From contig CAZCUC010000003.1 in assembly GCA_964502225.1 (NCBI GenBank), positions 12,782-76,781 of the forward strand: a DNA stretch of 64,000 nt, written 5' to 3'. The DNA comes from an uncultured Pseudomonadales bacterium (GTDB taxonomy: Bacteria; Patescibacteriota; Microgenomatia; UBA1400; UBA12108). The position numbers and the translations under genes are program-made. Positions 42,069 to 51,802 of the stretch are shown here, piece by piece (the stretch's first letter is position 1; each line of letters begins with the position of its first letter). The notes under the pieces were generated by a model. That model ran no database searches, was not told the DNA's origin, and saw only the letters and a list, made by a program, of their open reading frames with translations.

Positions 42069-42114
42069 GTATGTATTGACAAACGTCCTCATTCTCCCGA
42101 TAATGAGCCGATCA

Positions 42115-42744
42115 ATGCATGACCTACACGACAAAGCCATTCGCGCAGCCTTATCTGGCAACTGGGAGCTCGCTGTCGAGCTCAACCTCGAGATTCTCTC
42201 TGACTTACCACAAAATATTCCCGCTCTCAACCGCCTCGGCCGTGCCTACACCGAGCTAGGTCAAAAAGATGCCGCCGAAGATGCCTACACCCAGGTTCTC
42301 AAACTAGACAAATACGACGCAATTGCCACCAAAAATCTCAAACTCCTCCCCCACCAAAAAAATAACTTAAGCGAAATCACTCTCGTCCAAGAAGATTTTA
42401 TCGAACTCCCCGGCATCACCAAGAGCACAATCCTGATCAAAGTCGCCAGTCGCGACACCCTCCTCTCGCTCGTCTGCAAGCAACATCTCAATCTCCTCCC
42501 CCGTACTCACCTAGTGGCAATCACAACAGACGACAAAATCTGCATTGGCTGTCTCCCAGACGATCTCTCCCTCAAAATTCGCGACCTCTTGAGCGCTGGT
42601 TACAATTACTCCGTTTGTCTCAAAGCGGCAAGCGACAATACCGCGACCATTTTTATCCGCGAACTCAAGCGTCCCAAAAAGCCCACTGCCGGTCCGACTT
42701 TTTCCCGCAGTAGTTACGTCACTCCTTCGCGCAAATCAAAATAA
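42115..42744 (+). CDS. Tetratricopeptide-repeat protein
   Basis: 'ALNRLGRAYTELGQKDAAEDAYTQVLKLD'; TTGACA-17-GATAAT promoter at 42076-42104; start uncertain. Confidence 0.8.
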   Translation: MHDLHDKAIRAALSGNWELAVELNLEILSDLPQNIPALNRLGRAYTELGQKDAAEDAYTQVLKLDKYDAIATKNLKLLPHQKNNLSEITLVQEDFIELPGITKSTILIKVASRDTLLSLVCKQHLNLLPRTHLVAITTDDKICIGCLPDDLSLKIRDLLSAGYNYSVCLKAASDNTATIFIRELKRPKKPTAGPTFSRSSYVTPSRKSK

Positions 42745-43611
42745 TTCTTTCGCGTCTTTGCCCACCATCACCAGTACATTCGCCCGATACTCTGCTGGGA
42801 TAGCCTCTATTTTTGGCGTATCCAACTGGAACAGATTTTGGAAAATATAGTCTAGCTTCTCTGCCTCTAGGCCACTACTCACTTGCCAGCTACTCTCCTC
42901 TAGTTGGCGATCACTCTCTACCGATCTGACCATCACTACGTCTAGTCCCAAGTTACTCAAAAACTCCGCGAGATCACTCCCCAAGCCGTTCTCGCCACTT
43001 GCATTGACGATCGCTACGCTCACCGACTCCCCTCCTATACCCCAGTCAAACAATCTACTCCCGATATACTCCTGCAGACGTTTAGCTTTATATTTATTGT
43101 CTTCAATTACTCCGGCCCTAAACAGTTCTTTTTCATCTATCACCCGGCCGCGGTAGCGCAGAGACCTGGCAAACAATAGTCCAGCATCAAAACGGGAGAG
43201 ATTGGATTCTCCTTTTCTAAAGATACTCATAAATAGCTCTCTAGAAAGTGGGCGCTCACTCACCACATATCCTGGTACCGGCACACGCATAAATCCTTGG
43301 ATTTTTTGCCTAGCAAACATCCCGCCTCCATTGCCATTGTACGATCCCAATTTGTACAGCGATGAGATCCCATACTCGCCGTTACTCCTGGTCGTAATAG
43401 CCAACTCGGTCGGGAAAGGAATGGTGATTATTTGTTTCTCGACTGGGTCAAACGATACAAAACTCACTCCCTGACTAGGTTTGATCACAGCCAAGTTAAA
43501 GCGATAATTTGCGTGTCCTACCAGCTGGTTCCTCCCCCACTCCCTAATCCCTAGTCCTATCACAATCATCACCCCCACTATCGCCAGTACCCACGATACA
43601 TTCTTTTCCAT
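42736..43611 (-). CDS. Membrane-anchored LytR C-terminal-domain (LCP-like) protein
   Basis: N-terminal TM; 'IVNASGENGLG...LSNLGLDVV', 'VMVGKD'. Confidence 0.7.
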   Translation of the reverse strand: MEKNVSWVLAIVGVMIVIGLGIREWGRNQLVGHANYRFNLAVIKPSQGVSFVSFDPVEKQIITIPFPTELAITTRSNGEYGISSLYKLGSYNGNGGGMFARQKIQGFMRVPVPGYVVSERPLSRELFMSIFRKGESNLSRFDAGLLFARSLRYRGRVIDEKELFRAGVIEDNKYKAKRLQEYIGSRLFDWGIGGESVSVAIVNASGENGLGSDLAEFLSNLGLDVVMVRSVESDRQLEESSWQVSSGLEAEKLDYIFQNLFQLDTPKIEAIPAEYRANVLVMVGKDAKELF

Positions 43612-43634
43612 TGCTCTATGCTAACATATGATCC

Positions 43635-44714
43635 ATGCAACTTTCTGACTTTCACTACGACCTCCCTCTAGAGTTGATTGCCCAGGAGCCAGCGCACCCA
43701 CGCGACTCAGCTCGGCTCATGCTAATTAATCGCGCTAGCGGCCAAATCTCTCACCACCATATCTACGACCTGCCGGCCTTGCTCCCCAAGAGCTATTTTA
43801 TCGTCGCCAATAACACCAAGGTTTTTCCCGCGCGCATCATGGGTCACAAATCCACGGGAGGGAAAGTCGAGATCTTGCTCACCGAGCCGCTTGGTTCTAG
43901 TAGGTATAAATGTATCGCCCGCCCCGGTCTCAAAGTCGATGATGTTATCCTGTTTCCAAACGGTCTAACTGGGATTATCACTTCTGTCCACGACATCGAG
44001 CGTACAATCAAATTCAACCAAGAGGAGTCCACCCTTCGCACCACCCTCTCTCAAATCGGCACTATGCCCACTCCCCCCTATATCAAAAAACTCCTGGGCA
44101 ACTCCAAAGATTACCAAACGATCTATGCCAAATATGGTTTCTCCGCCGCCGCCCCGACCGCCGGTCTCCACTTTACGCCCGAATTACTCAAACAGATCAA
44201 ACTAGGTCATAGCTGGAATGAACTTACGCTAAACGTCGGCCTCGGCACTTTCCTCCCAGTCAAAGAAAACGATATTCAAGCTCACCACATGCACAGCGAG
44301 TCCTACACTATCTCTCCTACTACCGCGAGCCACATCCAAGCACTGAGACAATCGGGTCAAAAACTACTCTCGGTCGGGACAACCACTATGCGTGCCCTCG
44401 AATCAAACGTGTCCCTGCCCCATAGTTCCGAACCTTGCGCTAGCGAGAGTTCGGAACTTTTGCGCCCCGGTTCTTTTTCAACTGATATCTTTATCTACCC
44501 TCCCTACCAATTCCAGCTGACCGATGCTCTCATGACCAACTTTCATTTGCCCGGCTCCACGCTCCTCATGCTCGTCTCAGCTTTCTGCACATCCCCCCAA
44601 ACTCCTATCTCATTCACCTCGTTTGCAGATTCCCTCCTGGGTCGAGCATACACCGAGGCCATCGCCCACAAATACCGCTTCTTCTCATTCGGCGACGCCA
44701 TGCTGATTATCTAG
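43635..44714 (+). CDS. queA: S-adenosylmethionine:tRNA ribosyltransferase-isomerase
   Basis: 'FHYDLPLELIAQEP', 'PPYIK', 'AAPTAGLHFT', 'TNFHLPGSTL', 'YRFFSFGDAM'. Confidence 0.96.
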   Translation: MQLSDFHYDLPLELIAQEPAHPRDSARLMLINRASGQISHHHIYDLPALLPKSYFIVANNTKVFPARIMGHKSTGGKVEILLTEPLGSSRYKCIARPGLKVDDVILFPNGLTGIITSVHDIERTIKFNQEESTLRTTLSQIGTMPTPPYIKKLLGNSKDYQTIYAKYGFSAAAPTAGLHFTPELLKQIKLGHSWNELTLNVGLGTFLPVKENDIQAHHMHSESYTISPTTASHIQALRQSGQKLLSVGTTTMRALESNVSLPHSSEPCASESSELLRPGSFSTDIFIYPPYQFQLTDALMTNFHLPGSTLLMLVSAFCTSPQTPISFTSFADSLLGRAYTEAIAHKYRFFSFGDAMLII

Positions 44715-44719
44715 CCTTC

Positions 44720-45058
44720 CTAAATACGGAAATTTTCGTAATGTCGCGGGCCACCAACTCGACCTTTTTGTTCAAACACGGTCTCTGCCTCAACTCGAAC
44801 ACTATCATCAAGTCTAGACGCAGCTTCAACTAAAGCGTGAGCCATCTCGGCTGGCATGCCAATTTGTTTTTCGATGACTTGCTCTGCAGATTCTAATGTA
44901 TATTTGGTCGATCCTTCGGCAACCAGTTGCACTTGATCGGAAGCAGTAATTATTCCGCTTCCCCATGCTGCCTGGAGACATTCTTTATCTTCACCTTCAA
45001 GCAGACCAATCGTGATCCTAGGTGAATGTGCGCCAGTCACTTGTGCATATGGTGCCAT
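44720..45058 (-). CDS. Hypothetical protein
   Basis: 112-aa ORF with SD-like GAGGAG; no motif recognised. Confidence 0.55.
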   Translation of the reverse strand: MAPYAQVTGAHSPRITIGLLEGEDKECLQAAWGSGIITASDQVQLVAEGSTKYTLESAEQVIEKQIGMPAEMAHALVEAASRLDDSVRVEAETVFEQKGRVGGPRHYENFRI

Positions 45059-45117
45059 AATGTATCTCCTCTTAAATATTTTTGGACATTGGGATAATTA
45101 TCCCACACCTAGTCAAT

Positions 45118-45918
45118 CTAGACAGACTTCAGATACTTCAGCACTTCATTCAACTCAGCATTATTCGACTCAAAATGGATCCGTTTCCCATTGCGCGGAT
45201 GCTCAAACTCTATCTTCTGCGCCTGTAGGAGCACCCGGTGTGCCCACTTGCGATCCTCCCGGCTCCGTTTGCGCCCTGCATAATCAAAGTCACCTACAAT
45301 CGGGTGTCCCATTTGTTTCGCATGCACACGGATCTGGTGGGTACGCCCAGTACGGGGCTTGAACTCCACGAGCGTAAATCCCACATATCCCCTATCATCG
45401 ACTTTTAGTTCCTTGGGGAACTCCCAATTATTATATTCAGTGCGGACTTCGTATCGCGTCACACTTTCTCTCCCATCCTCCCGCACCCCAAACTTTTTCC
45501 TATCATCCCTCCGCCTAGCAATTGGCAGGTCTATCTGGCCTTCTTTGGCATCCCAGTACCCATGGGTCAGGGCCATATATACTTTTTGCACACTGTGTTG
45601 CTTAAATTGTTTTAGCAGGCTCACAAACGCATCTGTAGTCTTGGCCATGACCATCACCCCACTCGTCTCTCTATCCAGCCTATGCACTAGTCCACTGCGC
45701 TCAACAAAATACTTCTCATCGTCTGTAATTTCTGATTTTGAATTTTGAATTTGTTTAGGATTTAGAGTTTGTAATTTAAGATTTACTATCTGGTATCTTC
45801 CGTCCCACCAGTCCTGCAGTGTGGGCTCAGTGATCGTTTCCGCCCTATTACACACGATCCCCGACGGCTTATCGATCACGACAATTTCACTATCTTCAAA
45901 AATGATTGGTATTTCCAT
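45118..45918 (-). CDS. RluA/RluD family pseudouridine synthase
   Basis: 'DKPSG', 'HRLDRETSG', 'TGRTHQIRVH', 'GHPIVGD'. Confidence 0.93.
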   Translation of the reverse strand: MEIPIIFEDSEIVVIDKPSGIVCNRAETITEPTLQDWWDGRYQIVNLKLQTLNPKQIQNSKSEITDDEKYFVERSGLVHRLDRETSGVMVMAKTTDAFVSLLKQFKQHSVQKVYMALTHGYWDAKEGQIDLPIARRRDDRKKFGVREDGRESVTRYEVRTEYNNWEFPKELKVDDRGYVGFTLVEFKPRTGRTHQIRVHAKQMGHPIVGDFDYAGRKRSREDRKWAHRVLLQAQKIEFEHPRNGKRIHFESNNAELNEVLKYLKSV

Positions 45919-45959
45919 ACCAGTATTGTACCAGGCTGGTTACTGCTCATACCATGAAA

Positions 45960-46045
45960 GTCAGGTTGGCGGATGAAATTTTATCGAAATTACAGGCACT
46001 ACGTCGCCTGTACCTGAGACTAAAATTTACGTCCGACAAGCTGAC
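45960..46045 (+). repeat. Structured hairpin element, copy 2 (overlaps lspA 3' end)
   Basis: GTCAGGTTGGCGGATG-AAATTTTA-tcgaaat-TACAGGC..GCCTGTA-cctgagac-TAAAATTT-a-CGTCCGACAAGCTGAC. Confidence 0.85.
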
Positions 46046-46313
46046 CTAGATATATTACAACCCCTACTCCGATTATCCAGTCCCAAAGATTATTATGCAA
46101 AATCCCCAAGAAATTCCAATTATCCACAACTCCTCCATACCAAACCCTACTCACCAGATTCCCTGCCCCGCCTATGAGCACCATCCCTACCCCTATGCGC
46201 TCCCACAATTCCCGCATTTTTCCCGCATAAACCAATAGGCAGATCCACACGACTACGACTATCCAGACTGGAATATTATTAAACAATCCAAACGAGATCC
46301 CATTATTTAGCAT
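46020..46313 (-). CDS. lspA: Minimal lipoprotein signal peptidase II
   Basis: 'NNGISFGL', 'GGAGNLVSR', 'VVD', 'NNLWD'; lacks the usual N-terminal TM. Confidence 0.75.
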   Translation of the reverse strand: MLNNGISFGLFNNIPVWIVVVVWICLLVYAGKMRELWERIGVGMVLIGGAGNLVSRVWYGGVVDNWNFLGILHNNLWDWIIGVGVVIYLGQLVGRKF

Positions 46314-46317
46314 TCAG

Positions 46318-46674
46318 TTACTTTGCTTTCTTGGCACAACTTACACAGAGCTCGGCAGTGGGGTCGATCCCCAGGCGATCAGTATCGATCATCTCTCCGC
46401 ACTGGACACATTTACCATAGCTCCCATCATCTACTCTCTTCATCGCTTCTCTCACACGTATGAGCGCCACGCTGGTCTCCTGCCCTAGAGCGGCCGATTG
46501 CGCATGACCAAATTGTTCTGCCGCCTCGGTGTCGTCGCTCGCATTATCATTCAGGCGACTAGCATCGGCAAATGGATCCTCTTTCGCCAGCGACTTTTTC
46601 CGGCGCAACAAATCCCCTTCCAATTTTTTCAGATATTCCCAGACCGATTGCAGGACATTACGTGGATATTGCAT
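46318..46674 (-). CDS. TraR/DksA C4 zinc-finger protein
   Basis: 'DDTEA' acidic tip; 'YGKCVQCG..I...RL...P.AELCVSC'. Confidence 0.9.
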   Translation of the reverse strand: MQYPRNVLQSVWEYLKKLEGDLLRRKKSLAKEDPFADASRLNDNASDDTEAAEQFGHAQSAALGQETSVALIRVREAMKRVDDGSYGKCVQCGEMIDTDRLGIDPTAELCVSCAKKAK

Positions 46675-46676
46675 AG

Positions 46677-47393
46677 CTATTTTCTCCTTATAATATTACT
46701 TAGCTTACCCCAGATCGTACTCTCACGTCTACCTATGCGCCGGTAAATGGTGTAGCCACTGACCGCATTGAGCAGTATACCAGGTACAAACTCGCGCAAA
46801 CCCAAATAGTAAACACCCACCAGATTGAGGAAAATGAGACTAGCCAACCCTTCTTGGGCCATACTTGCCCCTCCCTTGTACCAACTATAAAACCGGAAAT
46901 CTTTCCGCACTCTCGAGACTACCGCAAATGTAATCAAAGCAAAAACCCCTCCCCAAACATTTACTCTCCAATCGGGGTTAGTGCCATTGAGGATTGTGCC
47001 AATCCCCCCAAAAACCAAAACCAGAGCCAGGGTCACTACATATGCATCCGCCATTTTCCAGACCTGCCAATCATGGTTGCGCGCAAACAAAATCATCAGC
47101 ATTGCGCTCCCCACGATCCCAGACACTACATTTATTCCTGGGTATGCCAGTAGCGCCAAACTCCGGTAAAGTGTGCCTACCTCTCCCCAGTGTAGAGCGA
47201 CATACCCCATTCTGCCCACGACAAAGTAAGTGAGTACCGATAAAAAGAACCCATCAAACAAAGCAATTTCATCCCAGTGCTCATCTCTGCCCATTTTCCA
47301 CCAAAAATACAATCCGATAAATAAACCTATCGCCAAAAACACACCGTACGAATAAATCTTGATTGGTCCCAAGCTGATTAATATTGGTAGCAT
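46677..47393 (-). CDS. lgt: Prolipoprotein diacylglyceryl transferase-like membrane protein
   Basis: 'MLPILISLGPIKIYSYGVFLAIG', 'GRMGYV', 'MAD'; C-terminal signature degenerate. Confidence 0.7.
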   Translation of the reverse strand: MLPILISLGPIKIYSYGVFLAIGLFIGLYFWWKMGRDEHWDEIALFDGFFLSVLTYFVVGRMGYVALHWGEVGTLYRSLALLAYPGINVVSGIVGSAMLMILFARNHDWQVWKMADAYVVTLALVLVFGGIGTILNGTNPDWRVNVWGGVFALITFAVVSRVRKDFRFYSWYKGGASMAQEGLASLIFLNLVGVYYLGLREFVPGILLNAVSGYTIYRRIGRRESTIWGKLSNIIRRK

Positions 47394-47437
47394 ATTTAGA
47401 CTTTACACTATACACTATTCACTCTACACTAATTCAT

Positions 47438-47905
47438 ATGCTTTCTATTAGTCATGCCGTGACAGGTGCCTTTATTGCAGTCAAGATCGGCAATCCGTAC
47501 CTAGCTATCCCCCTCATCCTCCTCTCGCATTACCTAGAAGACGCCGTCCCACACTGGGATGCTGGGACTGGGCTCGGCAACGGGAGCAAACCCAGGGAGC
47601 TAGCGGTCAAACACGGCCTAATCGATCTCGCCCTTGCCGCTATTTTAGTTTTAGTGTTTTTCCCTCCTTCCTCCTATGATCTATCCTCTATCATCTATCT
47701 CCTCAAAGAACCCCAAGTATGGGGTTCTTTGCTTGGTCTCCTCCCCGATTTCCTCGAGTCGCCACGCAACTTCCTCCGCTGGGAACCGGCATTTCTGAAA
47801 CCCATCAATAGATTCCACCACAGTTTCCACCACTCTATCCCCCGCATGATCGATGGTCTCGCCCCCCAATTCCTCCTCCTCACTCTGCTTTGGATTTTCA
47901 GGTAA
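47438..47905 (+). CDS. Membrane-bound metal-dependent hydrolase-like protein
   Basis: 'HAVTG', 'SHYLEDAVPHWD', 'LPD', 'FHHSFHH'. Confidence 0.7.
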   Translation: MLSISHAVTGAFIAVKIGNPYLAIPLILLSHYLEDAVPHWDAGTGLGNGSKPRELAVKHGLIDLALAAILVLVFFPPSSYDLSSIIYLLKEPQVWGSLLGLLPDFLESPRNFLRWEPAFLKPINRFHHSFHHSIPRMIDGLAPQFLLLTLLWIFR

Positions 47906-48236
47906 CTACGTACCACCCTTTTGGACCTTCTCTAAAACGCTTAGCCTGTATAGCTAAAGCCGTCTCATATAACTCGATAGTGTCAGGTGATATCCCACCC
48001 GCCCCACGACCCTTTAACATCTTATGTATTAAAAGAAATTGATCAAAATCTTGAAGCAGTCGACGAGCTGCTTCCATCTGCGCTTGATCTAGCTCAACCT
48101 TTTGAACCACATCTGAAACAGGATTAGGTAAATCCATCGTCATCTGACCGGCCCTAGCTAAGCATTTGGCACACTCACCACATCTACACATTAAAAATAT
48201 ATTGTCGTCTAATTTCGACACCAAATCCATACACAC
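47898..48236 (-). CDS. Hypothetical protein with CxCxxCxxC motif
   Basis: 'CRCGECAKC'; start uncertain. Confidence 0.5.
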   Translation of the reverse strand: MCMDLVSKLDDNIFLMCRCGECAKCLARAGQMTMDLPNPVSDVVQKVELDQAQMEAARRLLQDFDQFLLIHKMLKGRGAGGISPDTIELYETALAIQAKRFREGPKGWYVVT

Positions 48237-48307
48237 CGACTACACTTGGGACAATCTGAGCGCAGTCTCGCTCAGCCACGCACAAGTGATATATAATAAT
48301 GGCACAT

Positions 48308-48391
48308 GCCTAGGTGGCGGAATGGTATACGCGCGAGTCTCAAAAACTCGTGGTTGTAATGACCTTGAGAGTTCGAGTCTCTCCCTAGGCA
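48308..48391 (+). tRNA. tRNA-Leu(CAA), CCA not encoded
   Basis: Acceptor GCCTAGG/CCTAGGC-A; D-loop GG; anticodon stem CGAGT/ACTCG with loop CTCAAAA; long variable arm; GTTCGAG T-loop. Confidence 0.95.
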
Positions 48392-48399
48392 CAAACATG

Positions 48400-48687
48400 C
48401 TATTCTGATATTCTTGTCTTACCACTTACAACAAACTCCACGTTTTCATCAGTCATTTTTCCTGCTCTCACCATACACAACTTTAGACTACCATCAGTAA
48501 ATCTATGGGCCTGAGGATGTGCACAAAAGTACAAACTACCTTGAGCTACAACCTGGAGAATGCAATGAAAATCGACTGGCGTCCACATTTCTAGGTTTGG
48601 ATTGCCTTTGATCCCACAACTATTATTACATCCCGTCCATGCTACCCTATCGCCTTCAAAATTTATCGTTAGATTCCTTATCATCAA
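48400..48687 (-). CDS. Hypothetical Cys-containing protein
   Basis: Start overlaps the dnaB stop; no motif recognised. Confidence 0.45.
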   Translation of the reverse strand: MMIRNLTINFEGDRVAWTGCNNSCGIKGNPNLEMWTPVDFHCILQVVAQGSLYFCAHPQAHRFTDGSLKLCMVRAGKMTDENVEFVVSGKTRISE

Positions 48688-49994
48688 TGTGCCTTATCCA
48701 CCCCGTAGAACCGGACCCGGTCGCCCTTGAACCTCAAATCAATCGTCCGGAGTGCCCCGTTGCGGTGTTTGGCAATATTTAGTTTTACACTCGAGAGATC
48801 CTCGGCATCTTCGCGGTAGAGGAACATCACGACGTCAGCGTCCTGCTCTATACTGCCCGACTCGCGTAGATCAGACAACTGCGGTGCGCTCCCTGCCCCG
48901 CGGTGTTCGATAGATCTAGACAGTTGTGACATCGCCACCACCGGGATTTTTAATTCACGCGCCAAGTTTTTCAAACCCTGAGAGATCTCAGCCACTTCTT
49001 GGACCCGGTTCTCTAGGTTGCGCCCTTTCACCAGTTGCAAGTAATCCACAAACAAGAGTCCCAAGTTGTGCTCTGACTTTAGCCGTCTAGCCTTTGTTCT
49101 CATCTCCAGAACCGAAATTCCCGGGGTATCATCGATATAGAGTGGTGCCTCTGCCAGGACCCCCATCGCTTCCGACAGCTTTTCAAAATCTTGCGCCGTC
49201 AATTTCCCTGTTTTTAGTCGCCACGCATCGATATCTGCCTGGGAAACCAACATACGATCCACGAGCTCTTCTTTACTCATTTCCAGGGAAAAGTACCCAA
49301 CCGGGACCTTCGCCACGACACTGGCATACTGAGCGATATTCAAAGAAAACGCAGTCTTCCCCATCCCAGGTCTAGCGGCCAGGATAATCAAGTTCGAGTC
49401 CTGCATCCCAGCGAGGGTATTGTCCAGATCTGTAAATCCAGATGGCACTCCCCGCAGTGATCCCGATTTTTTCGACAATTCATCCAGCCGGTCAAAGCTC
49501 TCCGAGAGCACGTTTCTGATCGGGGTAAACCCTTGCTTCATACTCGCTTGAGAGAGGGAAAATACTTTTTGCTCTGCACTATCTAGGATCGCCGAGATAT
49601 CCGACCCCTCATCAAACGACATCTCGATCATACTAGAAGAATCAGAGATCAATTTACGCCTGGTGTAGTAGCCCTGGATGATCTCCCCGTAATGTTTAAT
49701 ATTGGCCGAGCTTGGCACCCCCTCGACCAGCGTAGAGATATAGCTCACTCCCCCCACGGCCTCGAGCAACTTCATGGTTTTCAGTTTTTGTGGCAAAGTG
49801 ACTAGATCAATCGGTTCCCTACCTTCAAACAGGATAATCATGGCCCGGTAAATATCGCCGTGCTTGTTTTGGTAAAAATGTTCCGGCTGCAAAAACTCGG
49901 ACACCTGCACAATCGCATCTTTATCGATCAAAATCGACCCCAGGACACTGCGCTCTGCATCATCACTATGGGGAGGAACTTTTTGTACTGCCAT
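48684..49994 (-). CDS. dnaB: Replicative DNA helicase
   Basis: 'PPHSDDAERSVLG', 'AARPGMGKT', 'VDYLQL', 'DLRESGSIEQDAD', 'KHRNG'. Confidence 0.97.
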   Translation of the reverse strand: MAVQKVPPHSDDAERSVLGSILIDKDAIVQVSEFLQPEHFYQNKHGDIYRAMIILFEGREPIDLVTLPQKLKTMKLLEAVGGVSYISTLVEGVPSSANIKHYGEIIQGYYTRRKLISDSSSMIEMSFDEGSDISAILDSAEQKVFSLSQASMKQGFTPIRNVLSESFDRLDELSKKSGSLRGVPSGFTDLDNTLAGMQDSNLIILAARPGMGKTAFSLNIAQYASVVAKVPVGYFSLEMSKEELVDRMLVSQADIDAWRLKTGKLTAQDFEKLSEAMGVLAEAPLYIDDTPGISVLEMRTKARRLKSEHNLGLLFVDYLQLVKGRNLENRVQEVAEISQGLKNLARELKIPVVAMSQLSRSIEHRGAGSAPQLSDLRESGSIEQDADVVMFLYREDAEDLSSVKLNIAKHRNGALRTIDLRFKGDRVRFYGVDKAH

Positions 49995-50060
49995 ATCCTT
50001 ATTCTACAAAAATACTAAACAATCTTCACTACGTACCATGTACTATCTACTACCTACTAA

Positions 50061-50552
50061 TCACTCAAACGTAATCACTTCGGTCAAATCTTCACTTAGC
50101 CCTGCCCTGCTCAAGTTCAAACTCTTTACCACCCGACTCCCGTGCTCGTAAGCACTGACAAACTTGGCTGTCTGCTCGCCGTATGGCAGGACAAAATATG
50201 GCTCTAGTTTCGCAATCACTTCGATCAGCTCTTTGCTGGCTAGCGTATCTACGCCCAGGATTACCACATCGATATTCTCTAGCTCGCTGATAGTTTTTTC
50301 TGCCAATGCTTTACTCAAATTGCCTAGATAAGCAACGCGCATATCCTCAAACTGCACGACATACACAATATTTTCCTCTGCCTTGTACCCAAATACTGAG
50401 ATCCCCTCTACTTCGTACTCGCCGCTCTGGTTGATTACAAAGTCATCCCCGCCACTCTTGTGCGTGATACTCAGCCGGTTATCCTCGGTCAGCACTGACC
50501 CAGTTTTTGCTCTAATTTTAAAATTGCCTTTGCCGAGATAGCTTATATCCAT
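50061..50552 (-). CDS. MBL-fold (Lactamase_B_3-like) protein lacking the HxHxDH motif
   Basis: 'MDISYLG..NF.I', 'SGEYEVEGISV', 'YLGNL', 'LEPYFVLP'. Confidence 0.65.
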   Translation of the reverse strand: MDISYLGKGNFKIRAKTGSVLTEDNRLSITHKSGGDDFVINQSGEYEVEGISVFGYKAEENIVYVVQFEDMRVAYLGNLSKALAEKTISELENIDVVILGVDTLASKELIEVIAKLEPYFVLPYGEQTAKFVSAYEHGSRVVKSLNLSRAGLSEDLTEVITFE

Positions 50553-50630
50553 AGGAACATATCGTAGCACAACTTTCGCCCACTTTGCACTATTTACGTC
50601 TTGGGTTTGATGAGTTAAACTGTGGCCAAG

Positions 50631-51065
50631 ATGAAAGTAAAAAAAGAAGTCACTGTAGCAGTTGTTATAGGTCTTATCCTCGCTCTCGTCGTCACGGGCG
50701 GCGTACTGCGCGCGCGCCACGCCCTCAAAAACATCAAGCTCCCAACCAAAGACAGTTTCCAGCTCGGACCCAAACCTAGTCCAGAGACCAAATCTACCGA
50801 ACTATTCGTCGAGCTCACAACTCCCGACAATCTAGTCACCGACCAACCCACCATGACGCTCAGCGGCAAAACACTCCCCTCTACCTACATCGCCATCTTG
50901 GCAGAAAAAGGCGAATACCTCATAGTCCCGAGCGACTTGGGTAGCTTTAGTCAGGAGGTAGCCCTCGTCAAAGGTGCCAACACGATCAAGCTCACTATTT
51001 ACCAAAGCAACGGCAACAAAATCGAGAAAACTTTAAACGCAGTGTACACTACCGCACAGTTGTGA
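50631..51065 (+). CDS. Membrane-anchored Ig-like domain protein
   Basis: N-terminal TM; 'LSGKT', 'GSFSQEVALVKGANTI'. Confidence 0.7.
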   Translation: MKVKKEVTVAVVIGLILALVVTGGVLRARHALKNIKLPTKDSFQLGPKPSPETKSTELFVELTTPDNLVTDQPTMTLSGKTLPSTYIAILAEKGEYLIVPSDLGSFSQEVALVKGANTIKLTIYQSNGNKIEKTLNAVYTTAQL

Positions 51066-51089
51066 TAGAGTTTAATCTTCAAAAATAAT

Positions 51090-51788
51090 ATGCAGAAAAA
51101 AACCATAATTATCCCCCTTATCGCGCTAACTTGCTCTCTCAGCTCGTTTATCTTCCACTCTAGCGCCAAAGCAGTCACCTCCTCTCCTTCTGCCACCCCC
51201 ACCGTCAACGAATCTGATCTGGGAGAAATCACCGAGAACCTGAAAAAGCGTTTACAAGATTCTTTGACTCCAGCCCAGTCCCCCTCTGTCAGTACCGCTA
51301 GAGCATATATAGGTATAGTCAAAGATGTCATCAAAGATACCCTCATCATCGAAGACAAGGATGGCAAAAAGGATATCAAACTCGATGCCCAAACCAATAT
51401 TCTTCGGACCCCCGGCAACGCCACGATCAAAGTCGACAACATCCGCATCGACGACTATATTATCGCGATCGGCTACCCCCAAGATACCGACATTCTGCTA
51501 GGTAAACGTTTAATTGTCAGCGTCGATCCCATCAAACCACCAACCAAAAATACCGGCCTCGGCACCCTCACCAAAATCGCCAAATCTAGCCTCACCCTCA
51601 AAGTAAATGACACTGAACTAATCCTCACAACTACCGCCAAAACCATCTACAAATCAACTGTGGCCAGTATCGAAGCAAGCGATCTAGAGGTCGGCGACAC
51701 TCTCATCTTCACTTCCCTAGTCGAGAGCGAAAGCAAACAAACCGCAACTACCCTCATGCGCGTCCAGACCGCCGCCCTTGCTCAGTGA
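51090..51788 (+). CDS. Secreted protein with two OB-like (DUF5666-like) repeats
   Basis: Signal peptide; repeats 'GIVKDV..DTL' and 'GTLTKI..SSL', 'DLEVGD'. Confidence 0.65.
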   Translation: MQKKTIIIPLIALTCSLSSFIFHSSAKAVTSSPSATPTVNESDLGEITENLKKRLQDSLTPAQSPSVSTARAYIGIVKDVIKDTLIIEDKDGKKDIKLDAQTNILRTPGNATIKVDNIRIDDYIIAIGYPQDTDILLGKRLIVSVDPIKPPTKNTGLGTLTKIAKSSLTLKVNDTELILTTTAKTIYKSTVASIEASDLEVGDTLIFTSLVESESKQTATTLMRVQTAALAQ

Positions 51789-51802
51789 GCTATAATAAGT
51801 CC

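Noticed and set aside
48166-48425. ORFs overlapping 48308-48391
   Set aside because: Artefacts of the tRNA-Leu gene
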